NCBI GenBank assembly: GCA_004431415.1
Contig: QPMI01000515.1
Location: 1-64,000 of the forward strand
Length of the DNA: 64,000 nucleotides
From: Cyanophora paradoxa CCMP329
Lineage: Eukaryota > Plantae > Glaucophyta
Direction: 5' to 3'
The notes beneath the pieces are model-generated. The model did not search any database and was not told the DNA's origin. It was given only the letters and a program-made list of their open reading frames with translations. The translations under genes and the position numbers were made by a program. Positions 22,183 through 32,984 of this stretch are shown piece after piece. Position 1 is the first letter of the stretch, and each line of letters opens with the position of its first letter.

Positions 22183-23728
22183 AGGCACCTGTGAAATCAA
22201 CTCTCATTGTGGGAGCATTCACATACACAAGGGGATAAATGCGAATATACTTGATTCTGAGAGAAAAACCTATGTAAAAAGCATCCTTGATGCTGAGAGG
22301 AAATCCACTCAATAAAGCAACATCACCTGAGTTGTGAGCATTGTTAATGTTCTCACAGACATATATTTTGTTCTGCCCATCTGATCGAATAAAAGACCAG
22401 TTGATCCCATCAGTGGATGTTGCCACATTGAAAGTCTTAATAAAAGCATTGGTGTCCCCTGAACCATAGGCAATAACAGAGGAGAGTTCGAAAGTATATG
22501 GGAAAGCAACTTGAAGGTATTCAGTGGGGGTTTCCCATATCTGCTCAGGAGCATAGGCTCCAGCTTCCCAGCCAAATGCTGAAGGTCTAGCCATGAAAGG
22601 CTCTTTACCTGTCACAGAGGATGAGGCAGTGAAGGCATCATCTGCAAGCTGATACCAATTTGCATCCAAAGGAGGTGATGTAGTGAGAGTGGATGATATG
22701 TAAGCCTTTGAAGGGTTCTTTAATTCATAGTTTGCTACTAGAATGCTGCAAAGCTTATTAATCATATCATTGTTAGCTGCTATGTAAGTTTCAGTGAAAG
22801 AAAGCATATCTGGGATCTTAGATGTGTCATCAAGGGAGCTTACTATGTGATTTGGAAGAGGGACTGATAGCCTGTAATATCTCCCATAATCCTGATCATA
22901 GTTGTAGGGTAACAACTCCTCCATCTTATCAAGGGCAGAAAGCTCACTTGCAGCCATGAGCATGTTAATCAATGGGCTTCCATCTGTTGAGGCAATCCAT
23001 GAGAGAATGCCCCAGCTGTTTACAGTCTCATAAGCATAACCCACATAATCAGACTCTAAATGTGGGTCCACCTCTCCACAAGAGATACTTATGACTATAA
23101 TGTCATCATCATCACTGTAAATTTTCTTTGCATGGCTGTAACCACACACACTGGGATTATTGTTTCCCGAAATGGCACCATCAATGAGACAGACATATAC
23201 TCCCCGATTGAAATCAACAATGCTTACAGGAGAGAAATATGTAGGAGCAGCAGAAGTAGCCCTAGCAGCAATCTTACAAGGCATAAAGTTGTAATTGTTA
23301 TCATTTGTAATAAATATTGGTTTCATATTCTGAGTGTCAAATGATGTGATCACAATGTCCTTTAGGGAATCCTGTATTAGTGATTCACCAGTAACTGAAT
23401 TAATTGCAGTCTCCAAGGGTCCGACATCATACTTTGTATTAAAAAGGGCATTTTCGATTATATTTCGAGGATTTGCGAAAATCAAGGGCAGTTGAGTTAG
23501 GTAAATATTGTGTAAATCGTTTGCTGTGAGTTTAGGTTCACCTGGTTTATCAGGATGCCTTATATTCAAACCTATTGCAATGATCCCACCAGTGGAAGTT
23601 CCACTCACAAGATCCACAAGATCGATTATTCTCCTGCCAGTTCGATTTTCGATTTCTTTGAGCAGCCTGGTTATGATAATGCCCCTTGCACCTCCCCCTG
23701 ATAAAGCTAAAGCAACCTTGAGAGGCAT
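22172..23728 (-). CDS. Patatin-like phospholipase fused to a C-terminal F5/8 type C (discoidin) domain
   Basis: GGGARG, GTSTG nucleophile elbow, SAAPTYF and DGA; then EYLQV.F...IKTFNVATSTDGINW...KYIRIYP...MRVD. Confidence 0.9.
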   Translation of the reverse strand: MPLKVALALSGGGARGIIITRLLKEIENRTGRRIIDLVDLVSGTSTGGIIAIGLNIRHPDKPGEPKLTANDLHNIYLTQLPLIFANPRNIIENALFNTKYDVGPLETAINSVTGESLIQDSLKDIVITSFDTQNMKPIFITNDNNYNFMPCKIAARATSAAPTYFSPVSIVDFNRGVYVCLIDGAISGNNNPSVCGYSHAKKIYSDDDDIIVISISCGEVDPHLESDYVGYAYETVNSWGILSWIASTDGSPLINMLMAASELSALDKMEELLPYNYDQDYGRYYRLSVPLPNHIVSSLDDTSKIPDMLSFTETYIAANNDMINKLCSILVANYELKNPSKAYISSTLTTSPPLDANWYQLADDAFTASSSVTGKEPFMARPSAFGWEAGAYAPEQIWETPTEYLQVAFPYTFELSSVIAYGSGDTNAFIKTFNVATSTDGINWSFIRSDGQNKIYVCENINNAHNSGDVALLSGFPLSIKDAFYIGFSLRIKYIRIYPLVYVNAPTMRVDFTGAFIR

Positions 23729-23771
23729 CTTTTACTTATCAGGAATTTTATAAATCCATATAGTAAAAGCC

Positions 23772-26700
23772 ATGAGCTTCAATTACCCACCAAATCTAGA
23801 AACCATTCAAGATGATAATGCAAGCAGCACCAAGCATGTGAACTTTGATAATATTAAAGTAAAGGGTTCAGTTTCAATTGACCACAGCTCTGATAATTCA
23901 TCAAAGACTCAATCAAGGGAGCATGCTTTATCTGTGAATCAAACCGATCCAGATAAAGAGGAGGTCAGTGTTGCTTTTAGTTTGGGTAATGTGAAAGCAA
24001 ACCAAGTGGCAGAGATCAAAGCAACAAGAAGGAGACCTAGGAAACTAAAAACCAGTGGCACTCACCCAGATATACCTTCCAGGTTCGATAGTGGTCGATT
24101 GATTTTCAATGTTCAAGATGAGCAGGGCAAACAGAACACAGCTTTGCGAATTTACAATGAGGGCAGCACTGCAAAAGCTGAGGTCCCCCAAGTATTGCAA
24201 GTGGGTCCCATTGCCAACACAAATCAGGTCTCCTACACAAATGATGTCTACCCCAAGGATATTACATATGACTTTGCAAGAAATGAGCCTTTTGGTTTCT
24301 TTACTCCAAAAGATGTCCATCAAAAAAAGCCATCAATTACAATCAACAGTAGCCCCAGTCAACCAGTAGCAATCCATTTACATCCTGATTTAGTCGAAAT
24401 GGATAGGCACCTTTTGCCTTTGTATAGCAATGTGAAAGACCTTGGAATTAGAACCAGGCAATGGCGAAATATCCATGGCAGCAATGTGTATGCAAATGGG
24501 GAGAAACTTGTGAGTGAGAAAACTCTAAGGGAAATAATTGAGCATTATGGTCCCAATGGACCAACAGTCCCATTCCCTATTCCATTTCCAAATGGACCTC
24601 CCGATTTAACACCAAAGAAACAGCCTGGAAGAGAATACACAGCAACTGAAGATGTAGCCTTTGGGCAGCATATTGTTAGTTGGGAGCAAGTTCGCAATAA
24701 ACCTATAATTGAACCCAGAAAGCAAATAGATGAGCAGTATTTACCTCCTGAAGTCGATATATTAGAGCTTGATGAATATCAATTCGTTCCAGATGAGGAA
24801 GAATATTTACCAGATGGTTTTGACCCACAAGAATATGAATATGATCAGTTTGACCCCAATGAGGAGGAGATACTACCAGATGGCTTAGATCCCCAAGAGT
24901 TTGAGTATGAGCAGAACTATGAACCTGATGAGGAGTATTTGCCAGATGGGCATGATCCACCAGCTGTTGATTATGAGCAACCTTATGAACCCATGAGGAA
25001 TTATTACCAGATGGATTTCGACCTGAGATCTGGGAGTTCTTTCCTGATTATGAACAAATTAATAATAAACCTGCAAAGTATCCCCAGAGGATCACAATCA
25101 TGATTGGGATGAGATCTTAGGCAAACCTCAGAAGTATCCACCAGAAGATCACAGGCATGATTGGGGTGAAATTGATGGGATTCCAACTGAGTTCCCACCA
25201 AGCAAACATGAACATATTTGGGATGAGATCAATGACCAACCAGAATTCGCAAAGGTGGAGCCTCTTGATAACTTGGGGGTTTCTCTTTACCAGACTTGTA
25301 ATATCCCTGAAAGAATCTTTTTGAATGAACACTATGTACATGTGAATGGGACACTTGCAAATTCAGCTATGAGAGGACCACTTCATATTAGGACATTACC
25401 AGGCTCTTTTGAAACCCCACCACCACCAGGAGCAACCATACCAAATATCTTTGTGTCAAGCTACATGGAGGCTGACATTCCCACAGATACATTCAGAGTC
25501 CCAACAGACCCAGCAACCTACCAAAATTACAACTCTGCTATACAGGTTCATGTAGCAGATGTAAGCAGCTTAGATGGCTCAAGACCAATGATAGTTTTCA
25601 GTCGAGATAAGTATTCCTACATTCCCATAGTGGGAACTGCAAATGATAATTATGGAAGGGCAGAGCTTGCATGGATTAAAACAGATTATGGTGGGGTTCT
25701 GGAAGCCAATCAAAGAATGGCTGCAAAAAACATACACAATGAGAGCATTTCGAGAGTAGTCACAGAGGATTACCTTCAAGCCCAAAACTACATAGATGAA
25801 ACAGAGCTGAATGTAATCATTGCAGGTATAGGTGTAACAGGCAATTACCTCCCTCTCACAGGTGGAATAATTGATGGAACAGTAACAGCATGTAACTTCT
25901 TTGTCCATACTGAAAGCAATCAAACCTTTCCTGTGGTTCATCCAGGAGGTGAGTATGAGATACCTGATGATCCAGCTATTATGCCCATTAAGATTGATCT
26001 CCCTTCTGATTATGTTGGAAGGGGTGAACTGAAGACCATTTCATTCACAGGAGACTACAATGATCTCATAAATAAACCTACTGCTGCAAATCTGCATCCT
26101 GTTGCATTTTCGGGAAGCTTCCTTGATCTTAATAATAGATCACACACCCACACAAAGGCAGAAATTACAGATTTTGCACACACTCACACAAAATCACAGA
26201 TAACAGATTTTGCTCACACCCACACCAGAGCAGATATTACGAATTTCGCTCACACTCATGTTAAATCAGAGATAACAGATCTTGGAAATGTTGCATATGT
26301 TGGTCACACCCATACCAAGGCAGAGATAACAGATTTTGCTCACAATCACACTAAGGCAGAGATTACAGATTTTGCACACACTCATGATTGGAATACAGAT
26401 ATCTATAACAAACCAGCAATTTTCTCAGGAAACTACAATGATTTGACCAATAGACCAACTCTTGATCCTTTCACAGCCACCACAATCAGAGCCAACAACA
26501 CAATGTATGTAGGATCAGGTCAGATTGTAGAACCAGCAGGACCTACGTTTGAAGAAACATGGTTCTTCCACAATTCGCAAACTTACTTTGATAAAACCTT
26601 ACTTGTTCGTGGAAATGCTTATGCAAGAAATTTCTATGCTATGAACCCTTCCAATAATCAGACTATTAGTAGATGTATCACAGAAGCAGATCTTTCCAGT

Positions 26701-27018
26701 CAACTCAATGCATATTTCAATGGGAAAATTCAAGCAGGAAAGTATGTTTACACTACTCCTGTTTTGAATTACAATAATTTATATGTGTTCAATCTAACTA
26801 TCTATTTTACCAATGCCTTTGCTTCTCCTCCTGTTGTGACAGCAACAGTAAGGCATGAAGGACAAGAACCAAATTATCAAGTAACTCCCGTCGTTTTTAC
26901 TGTGAATTTGTTGAATGTTTACAGTGATTATTTCACTTGTGAACTTTTCACTGATCCATATGCAATGAATAATTCATCCAAAACTGTAACGATCCATTAC
27001 ATTGCTGTCGCAATTTAA
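23772..27018 (+). CDS. Long fibre/tail-like protein (~1,080 aa; one 1-nt frameshift at ~24,992 joins ORFs 23772..25103 and 25255..27018)
   Basis: The shifted frame EELLPDGFRPEIWEFFPDY...HDWDEILGKP...KVEPLDN is open into the 25255 ORF. It carries phage-tail repeats HTHTKAEITDFA and YNDL.NKP, acidic LPDG repeats and a C-terminal F...F..PPVV beta head. Confidence 0.75.
24780..25030 (+). repeat. Coding tandem repeat, ~66 bp / 22 aa acidic unit (DEEYLPDGxDPQEYEYEQ), ~4 copies
   Basis: CCAGATGG recurs at ~24811, 24876, 24942 and 25007. Confidence 0.8.
26140..26390 (+). repeat. Coding tandem repeat, 36 bp / 12 aa (HTHTKAEITDFA), ~7 copies
   Basis: Directly visible in both the DNA and the translation. 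Confidence 0.88.
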
Positions 27019-27037
27019 CTATTTCGTAATTATAAAG

Positions 27038-28111
27038 ATGACCTCTCTATTAGAAATCCCAAACTATGAACTTGCAGCCAAATCACTTCATAGCACCTCT
27101 CATGGAGTAGTTGATTCAACCCCTGGGTATATTTGCACTGAAACTTCAAGTAATACCTCTTTCACAGAGAATAATATACTCAGATTCAAAGAAATTCGAT
27201 GTGATCGAAATGGAGGCAAGATAAGAACCACAGGGATAATTATCTCGAATAAAAATCAGGTTCAAGCAGGTCAAATAGTCCCCGATTCAGCAATATATGA
27301 TAATGTGGGTGGATTCACCACAGCAAAGATAGTTAATTTCGATAACACAATAAATAATTCGGCTCTTGTAGTCAGAAGTGGAGGAGCCTACATTGGTGAT
27401 GGAGCAATTGTGGTGGGGACTGTCACAGCAAATCAGTTGACTGTGAATGGGACAAGCAGTTTTACTCAATTAATGAATATCAACTCTGGTCTTTTAGGAA
27501 ATATAATTTATGGGACACTTCAAGCATTTCTGAGAGTTCAAACATCCGAAATTGGTACTGGAACAGATTCCAACATGACCTACAAAGTAAATGGTAATAC
27601 AATTGTCACTCTTGAAAAAACGACAGTTGCAGAGACAGAGATAAAATCATTCACACTTTCTCCAACTTGCTATCTGAAAAGGACCTATTGCCCAAGATTT
27701 TGTGTCACAAAACTGTTACCCAATCAGACAGTATCAACATCATCATGGGCATCTGGCTCTCAAGTTACCTTTACAGTTCCTAGTTTCGCCACTTATTATG
27801 TCAACAATGAAGGCAACTGGAATGATTGGTATTTATTTACTGCACCTGTTGCAGGTGTATACAGGGTTTTCTTCACAGCTCTCAGAGTAGATACTCAGAC
27901 TTCTTATGTGACTATCTTAAAGCTTTCAATAAATGGAATTGCATCCAATTACGAATTTCAATGTTCATTAACAGGACAAATGGCTATCACATACGAAACA
28001 TTAATTACTCTTAACATGGGGGACAGTGTTGGAATATTAAACTCAACAGGTGTTACTATCACTATAAGCCAACGATGTTACTTGGGCTGTTATCTGGTAA
28101 GCGCCATATAA
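27038..28111 (+). CDS. Fibre paralog 1: shared N-terminal domain plus C1q-like head
   Basis: KEIRCDRNGGK.RTTG...SGGAYIGDG; C1q motif FTAPVAGVY and L.L..GD.V. Confidence 0.78.
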   Translation: MTSLLEIPNYELAAKSLHSTSHGVVDSTPGYICTETSSNTSFTENNILRFKEIRCDRNGGKIRTTGIIISNKNQVQAGQIVPDSAIYDNVGGFTTAKIVNFDNTINNSALVVRSGGAYIGDGAIVVGTVTANQLTVNGTSSFTQLMNINSGLLGNIIYGTLQAFLRVQTSEIGTGTDSNMTYKVNGNTIVTLEKTTVAETEIKSFTLSPTCYLKRTYCPRFCVTKLLPNQTVSTSSWASGSQVTFTVPSFATYYVNNEGNWNDWYLFTAPVAGVYRVFFTALRVDTQTSYVTILKLSINGIASNYEFQCSLTGQMAITYETLITLNMGDSVGILNSTGVTITISQRCYLGCYLVSAI

Positions 28112-28133
28112 TATTGTCTGTGTAATATAAAGA

Positions 28134-29159
28134 ATGGCTACTCAAATAGCAGTCCCTGTTTTCTGTTATGCTGCCCCAAAAATACACCAACTTAACCATG
28201 CTGTAACAGATGCAACCCCAGGTTTTATTTGTACAGAAACAACTGGGGCAGATTCATTTTCGCAGAACTCTGTAATTAGATGCAAAGAAATTCGATGTGA
28301 TCGAAATGGGGGGAAGGTGAGAACCACAGGTCTCATAGTTTCGAATAAAAATCAAGTTCAATCAGGACAGATCGTTTCGGATTCTGCAATTTATGATGAT
28401 GTGGGAGGGTTCACCACACCCAAGATTGTTACTTTTGATAACACAAGTAATAACTCTGCTCTTGTGGTAAAAAGTGGAGGGGCATACATTGGAGATGGAG
28501 CAAGAATAAATGGGAATCTTACAACAGAACAAATCACAGTAACAGGAGCAACTACGTTTAATGATTTGGTAACAGCAAATGGGGGTGTGTATGTTCCTGG
28601 GGCGCAACAATCTATTGTTTCAGCAACTACCAAAATAGTTACACCTGAAATAGACACAGGATCAAGCGCAAATCTGGTTTTTAAACGCAATAGTGATGTT
28701 ATGGCGACCCTAGAAGCCAATAGTTTCACCCTGAATACAGGATGTTATTTAAAGTATGATTTTCAACCTCGATTATGTGTTCAACTTGGTTACACACACA
28801 CTGCTACAAGTGCTGCCCCTCTCATTAACTGGACAACAGTTTTTATTGATAACAGAGGTGCATTCAATGTAGGCAATGGAAGATTTACAGCTCCTGTTGC
28901 AGGTCATTACAGATTTACAGTAAACTCTGCCTCCACAACTTCATCTTCTGTAAGTCTTACTTTGCAGGTGAATGACACTAACCCTGGTGGTCTTTCCATT
29001 GGAACCTTTGGAACTTCGACAACAATTGCAGCAAAACCTCTATATATAAATGTTATACTCAATCTTGCTGCAGGAGAATATGTAACAATTGTCACAGGAA
29101 CCACAGGTAGTTATTCAAGTCGAACCATGTTTACTGGTGAACTTCTAAGTATCACATAA
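28134..29159 (+). CDS. Fibre paralog 2: shared N-terminal domain plus C1q-like head
   Basis: Same N-terminal motif; FN..NGRFTAPVAGHYRF, LNLAAGEYV, FTGELL. Confidence 0.8.
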   Translation: MATQIAVPVFCYAAPKIHQLNHAVTDATPGFICTETTGADSFSQNSVIRCKEIRCDRNGGKVRTTGLIVSNKNQVQSGQIVSDSAIYDDVGGFTTPKIVTFDNTSNNSALVVKSGGAYIGDGARINGNLTTEQITVTGATTFNDLVTANGGVYVPGAQQSIVSATTKIVTPEIDTGSSANLVFKRNSDVMATLEANSFTLNTGCYLKYDFQPRLCVQLGYTHTATSAAPLINWTTVFIDNRGAFNVGNGRFTAPVAGHYRFTVNSASTTSSSVSLTLQVNDTNPGGLSIGTFGTSTTIAAKPLYINVILNLAAGEYVTIVTGTTGSYSSRTMFTGELLSIT

Positions 29160-29180
29160 TTTTCTCACTATTAAGTAGGA

Positions 29181-29447
29181 ATGTCGAATATATACCAAGT
29201 TGTTCTATCTGATACCGAAAATTTGGGAATGGAGTACTGTGCTGCCTCTGTTCAGGATTGGATTGATAATGTTGTTCATAACAGGGCAAGAATTGCAATT
29301 GATGAGATTGTTCAGAAAGAGATTCAATCTTGTATCTCATCAGGAGTTCAAATACCAACCTCCAAGGAAGCAATTGTGTTGCAGGCTTTCCAAAGGGGAA
29401 CTGTAAAGAAAGGTATTGAGTATAATAATGTCACAGAAGAACAATGA
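29181..29447 (+). CDS. Small protein resembling phage fibre-associated proteins
   Basis: LSDTE..GMEY.A.SVQDWIDN...NRARIAIDEI pattern, recalled from small ORFs beside C1q fibres in marine phages (not verified). Confidence 0.55.
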   Translation: MSNIYQVVLSDTENLGMEYCAASVQDWIDNVVHNRARIAIDEIVQKEIQSCISSGVQIPTSKEAIVLQAFQRGTVKKGIEYNNVTEEQ

Positions 29448-29481
29448 ACATTATTTTTCTTTCCTTCTTAGTAAAAGAAGC

Positions 29482-30328
29482 AATGGGTGAATATAATCGA
29501 GTTCAACTGCCTATATATTCCCTTGGATCCCCTGCAATGCATTTTCGCCAGCATGAAGTAAATGATGAGGTTCGTGGTTTAGAATCCACAGAGAGACCCA
29601 ACTCCAATGGCAACTCCTTTGATAAAAATTCGATTATTCGAGTTAAAGAGCTGAGAGCTGATAAGAATTCTGGTGTGGTTAAAACAACTCGACTTCTTGT
29701 CACAAATGCTAACTTCTTTCAGCCTACTAATGGAGGTCCTGATGCTTACAGTGTTGATCTGAAAGCCCTTGATTATGATAAAAACACTGCTGCTGTAACT
29801 GTGAGATCAGGAGGAGCATTTATTGGTGGTGGCTGCAGAGTTTCAGGTCAACTTTCATCCTCAATTTCGTATAATGATGTCCCAGATACTCTTGAACAAA
29901 ATGTAGAGAACCCACAACGAATTCGATTATATATACCAGTTGCACAACAGCCAGTTATTCAATTTTACCAAGGTTATACTGTCACACTTGAAAACTCTGA
30001 ATTGATTGAAGGAACCAAAAGAGTAATGAGAGGGCTGGTCATTCCTTCTGCAATGCTTTCTTTATGTAGAGCCAACAATAACCAGCCAGGTCACAGATAC
30101 AATTTCAGTGTTCAGGGATATGATCATTTTGGCACAGGGTTCTGTGTCTATAATAACAATTTCACCTATGATCTGTTTGTTACAGATATTGGAAAATATA
30201 CAATTACAGTTATGGGTATCAGAACAGATATAGCTGCTGTCTCAGCTCTAAGAGGTGTTACTCCTGATACTCTTTCTCAAACAGGGTTTTACATGGAGCC
30301 AGATGTAATTGATGACCCAACCCCATAA
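29482..30328 (+). CDS. Fibre paralog 3: shared N-terminal domain, different C-terminal domain
   Basis: KELRADKNSGVVKTT...SGGAFIGGG; likely ATG at 29482. Confidence 0.72.
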
Positions 30329-30351
30329 AAGATATATCCCTTTAATGTAAA

Positions 30352-31185
30352 ATGGCTGAGCAACCCCCACTTGAACGAATTATTACACCTCAACTATCAT
30401 TAGCTGCCCCAGCAAACCATGTTCTACAGCATGCTACCTTTGATGATGTAGAGGGTCTCCAATCAACAGAGGTCCAACCTACAATGAACACCTTTGGTTC
30501 CACCCACAAACTGAGATTACAGGAACTCAGATGTGATAAAAATAATGGTATAGTTAAGACAACTAAGCTACTTGTCACAAATGCAAACTTTTCTGCCCAT
30601 TATGGAGACCCAGATAGTTATGGAGATCCTCTTTCTACTTATTCTTTTGAATCTAGGTCGGGAGCTATTAACTGCAAATCGGGGGGAGCTTATATTGGTG
30701 ATGGTCTTAGGGTTGGTGGGGCTGTTGGAGCGCCTTTATTTGTGAATGATCAACCCAATCCCATTGATCCCAATACAAGAATTCGAACCTATGTCCCCAG
30801 CATGAATGCCCCATACATTATAAAGATATTCCCCATTGTTGTGAATGAACAAACAGCAGTAGTAGACTCCCTTGTTGAGATTGGTGACCACTACAAGGTA
30901 GTTGTGGATATTCCACCAGATGTTTATGCTCTTTGTCAAGTAGAGGGTGGAACTCCTAATTTTGCTGTTGTGATCACCCCATATGATAATTTTGGAATTG
31001 CTTATCATGGAGTCAATTTCGGTTTAGAAGATTACCAGTTCTTAGTGAGAGCCACCAAGTTTGGTATCTACAAGTGTGTATTATATGCTGAGAGAACCGA
31101 TTTTATTGCAAGGCAGAATACCTATGCTGAATACTATGGCACAAATCGATATTTCCCCATTTTCGGGCAGGATACTGCTCCATAA
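30352..31185 (+). CDS. Fibre paralog 4: shared N-terminal domain, C-terminal domain related to paralog 3
   Basis: QELRCDKNNGIVKTT...SGGAYIGDG; YD.FG and R-T-D motifs shared with paralog 3. Confidence 0.72.
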   Translation: MAEQPPLERIITPQLSLAAPANHVLQHATFDDVEGLQSTEVQPTMNTFGSTHKLRLQELRCDKNNGIVKTTKLLVTNANFSAHYGDPDSYGDPLSTYSFESRSGAINCKSGGAYIGDGLRVGGAVGAPLFVNDQPNPIDPNTRIRTYVPSMNAPYIIKIFPIVVNEQTAVVDSLVEIGDHYKVVVDIPPDVYALCQVEGGTPNFAVVITPYDNFGIAYHGVNFGLEDYQFLVRATKFGIYKCVLYAERTDFIARQNTYAEYYGTNRYFPIFGQDTAP

Positions 31186-31207
31186 GAATATTGGTTATAT
31201 ATAGAGT

Positions 31208-31480
31208 ATGGATAGTAAAACAAAAAAGTTTATTGATGCTGCTATGACAGTTCATGGTAAAGATAAATTCGATTACAGTGAGACACATTACATCAAAGCT
31301 CAAGAGAAAGTATCTGTTAGATGTTTGCAGTGTAACAAGGTGATCCTAACCTATCCCTTTAATCATGTGAAGGGATCAGGGTGTAGGGAATGCAACAAAA
31401 AGCACTCTCAGGCTTATAGGAAAAGGGCTACTTCATCAATTAGAGTAGAGTATAGGGATATTTGCATTAGGTTCGATTAG
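31208..31480 (+). CDS. Single Zn-ribbon (DUF723-like) repeat protein
   Basis: FIDAAMTVHG..FDYS...C..C...H..GSGC..C, the same repeat as in 17781-18712. Confidence 0.7.
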   Translation: MDSKTKKFIDAAMTVHGKDKFDYSETHYIKAQEKVSVRCLQCNKVILTYPFNHVKGSGCRECNKKHSQAYRKRATSSIRVEYRDICIRFD

Positions 31481-31509
31481 GTTTAATTAATTTTTCTAAG
31501 GTATTCTTA

Positions 31510-31908
31510 ATGGAGACTCAATACAGAGGCTTTCATGTTATGCTTGATTACAAAGCTAAATCAGCTATAGCAACAGGATATGAGCATGTGAGCTTTCTAG
31601 GGAATTGGATAATGGGAACCCTTGAACAAGCAGTATTGAGACAAGGTATTAGGATTGTTCATAAACACTGTGAGATATTTGATGGCAAACTATCACCTCC
31701 TGGTTTTGCATTGGTTCTGCTGTTAGATGAAAGCCATTGCACAGCTCATTGTTATTCCAATGAAGGCATGTTAGCAATTGATATATTCAGTTGTGGTAAA
31801 GAAGCTCAGCATAAAACACAATCAGTAGCAGATGAGATCGATAAAACAATGAATTTCTTAACATTTGAGAAGACTGAGAGACATAAACATGATAGATTCC
31901 CGTTTTGA
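31510..31908 (+). CDS. speD: Prokaryotic-type pyruvoyl S-adenosylmethionine decarboxylase family proenzyme
   Basis: 132 aa; G.H...D at the start, LLDESHCTAHCY (E|SH self-cleavage site), AIDIFSCG. Confidence 0.88.
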   Translation: METQYRGFHVMLDYKAKSAIATGYEHVSFLGNWIMGTLEQAVLRQGIRIVHKHCEIFDGKLSPPGFALVLLLDESHCTAHCYSNEGMLAIDIFSCGKEAQHKTQSVADEIDKTMNFLTFEKTERHKHDRFPF

Positions 31909-32099
31909 TGAGTTTCTATAATGATGATCAGGGTGATTTACCTTTTTTATTACAATAGCTTTCTACAATGATTATTTTCCGGATTCCGGACATTTTTTAC
32001 AATAGAATTCTACTGTATGATGTAGCCAAAATATGAATGCATCCTAAACCTACAAGTGTAAGATTTCGAATACTATTCGATTTCCTTACAATAAAACTC

Positions 32100-32960
32100 A
32101 ACAATCCCCTTGATTCCCCCTATTATATTATATTTATATTTAAGTGGACTCAAGGTTGACTCATATTAATCGTAAAAGTAGTAATAGTATATGGATTTTG
32201 TTACGAATTCAATGCAAGGGTTGACTAAGTGGGTTGAGTTGACTCAAATTTCACAGGAAATATTTGGGACCTAAAGTTTTCTAAAAAGGATTTCAAAAAA
32301 TGTGTCAACTCCCCCCACTTAGTCAACCCTGACCATAAACAGTAAGGATTTGAGCTAACAAGTATCACAAAGTGAACATATTGAGTCCACTTAGAAGATC
32401 AACCTAACAGTTTAGAGTCAAATTTACTTGGGAATTCGATTTGTATAAAAAAGTGAGTCCACCCTGACCATATTCAATAAGCATTCCTCTTAATCCCCTT
32501 GTTTATATTTACATTGATTAATATTTAATACTAAGTGGACTCATGGTTGATTCATATTAATCGTAAAAGGAGTAAATGTATATAAAAATGTGACCATTTC
32601 AATGCTAAGGTTGACTAAGTGGGTTGAGTTGACTCAAATTTCAGAGGAAATTTTGAGATCCAAAGAATATTCTATAAAAGATTTTGAAAAATGTGTCAAC
32701 TCCCCCACTTAGTCAACCCTGACCATATACAGTAAGCATTAGAACTTAAATGTATCACAAAGTGAACATTATGAGTCCACTTAGAAGATCCACTTTTGAA
32801 ATATAAGTTGATTTTGCTTGAAATTTCAAAGTTGATCTAAAAGTGAGTCCACCCTGATTGATTATGGTAACAAAGTTGACTAAGTTGACTAAGTTGAGTC
32901 ATCTTAAGAAATTCAAGGAGACTAAGAGTTCAAAATGTTTATGAAAAGTGAGTCAACTTA
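32100..32960. repeat. Two diverged ~390-bp tandem units plus a partial third, rich in GTTGACT/AGTCAAC and GAGTCCAC inverted motifs
   Basis: TAAGTGGACTCA at 32141 and 32532; AAAGTGAGTCCACCCTGA at ~32450 and ~32840. Confidence 0.85.
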
Positions 32961-32984
32961 GACCACTTATGGTAACAAAGTTAA

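Noticed and set aside
26140-26390. 36-bp periodic repeats as a possible CRISPR array
   Set aside because: They are in-frame coding repeats (HTHTKAEITDFA) with synonymous variation.
12952-31008. Short antisense ORFs within viral genes (e.g. 12952..13179, 19230..19625, 28391..28729)
   Set aside because: Shadows of the well-supported genes on the opposite strand.
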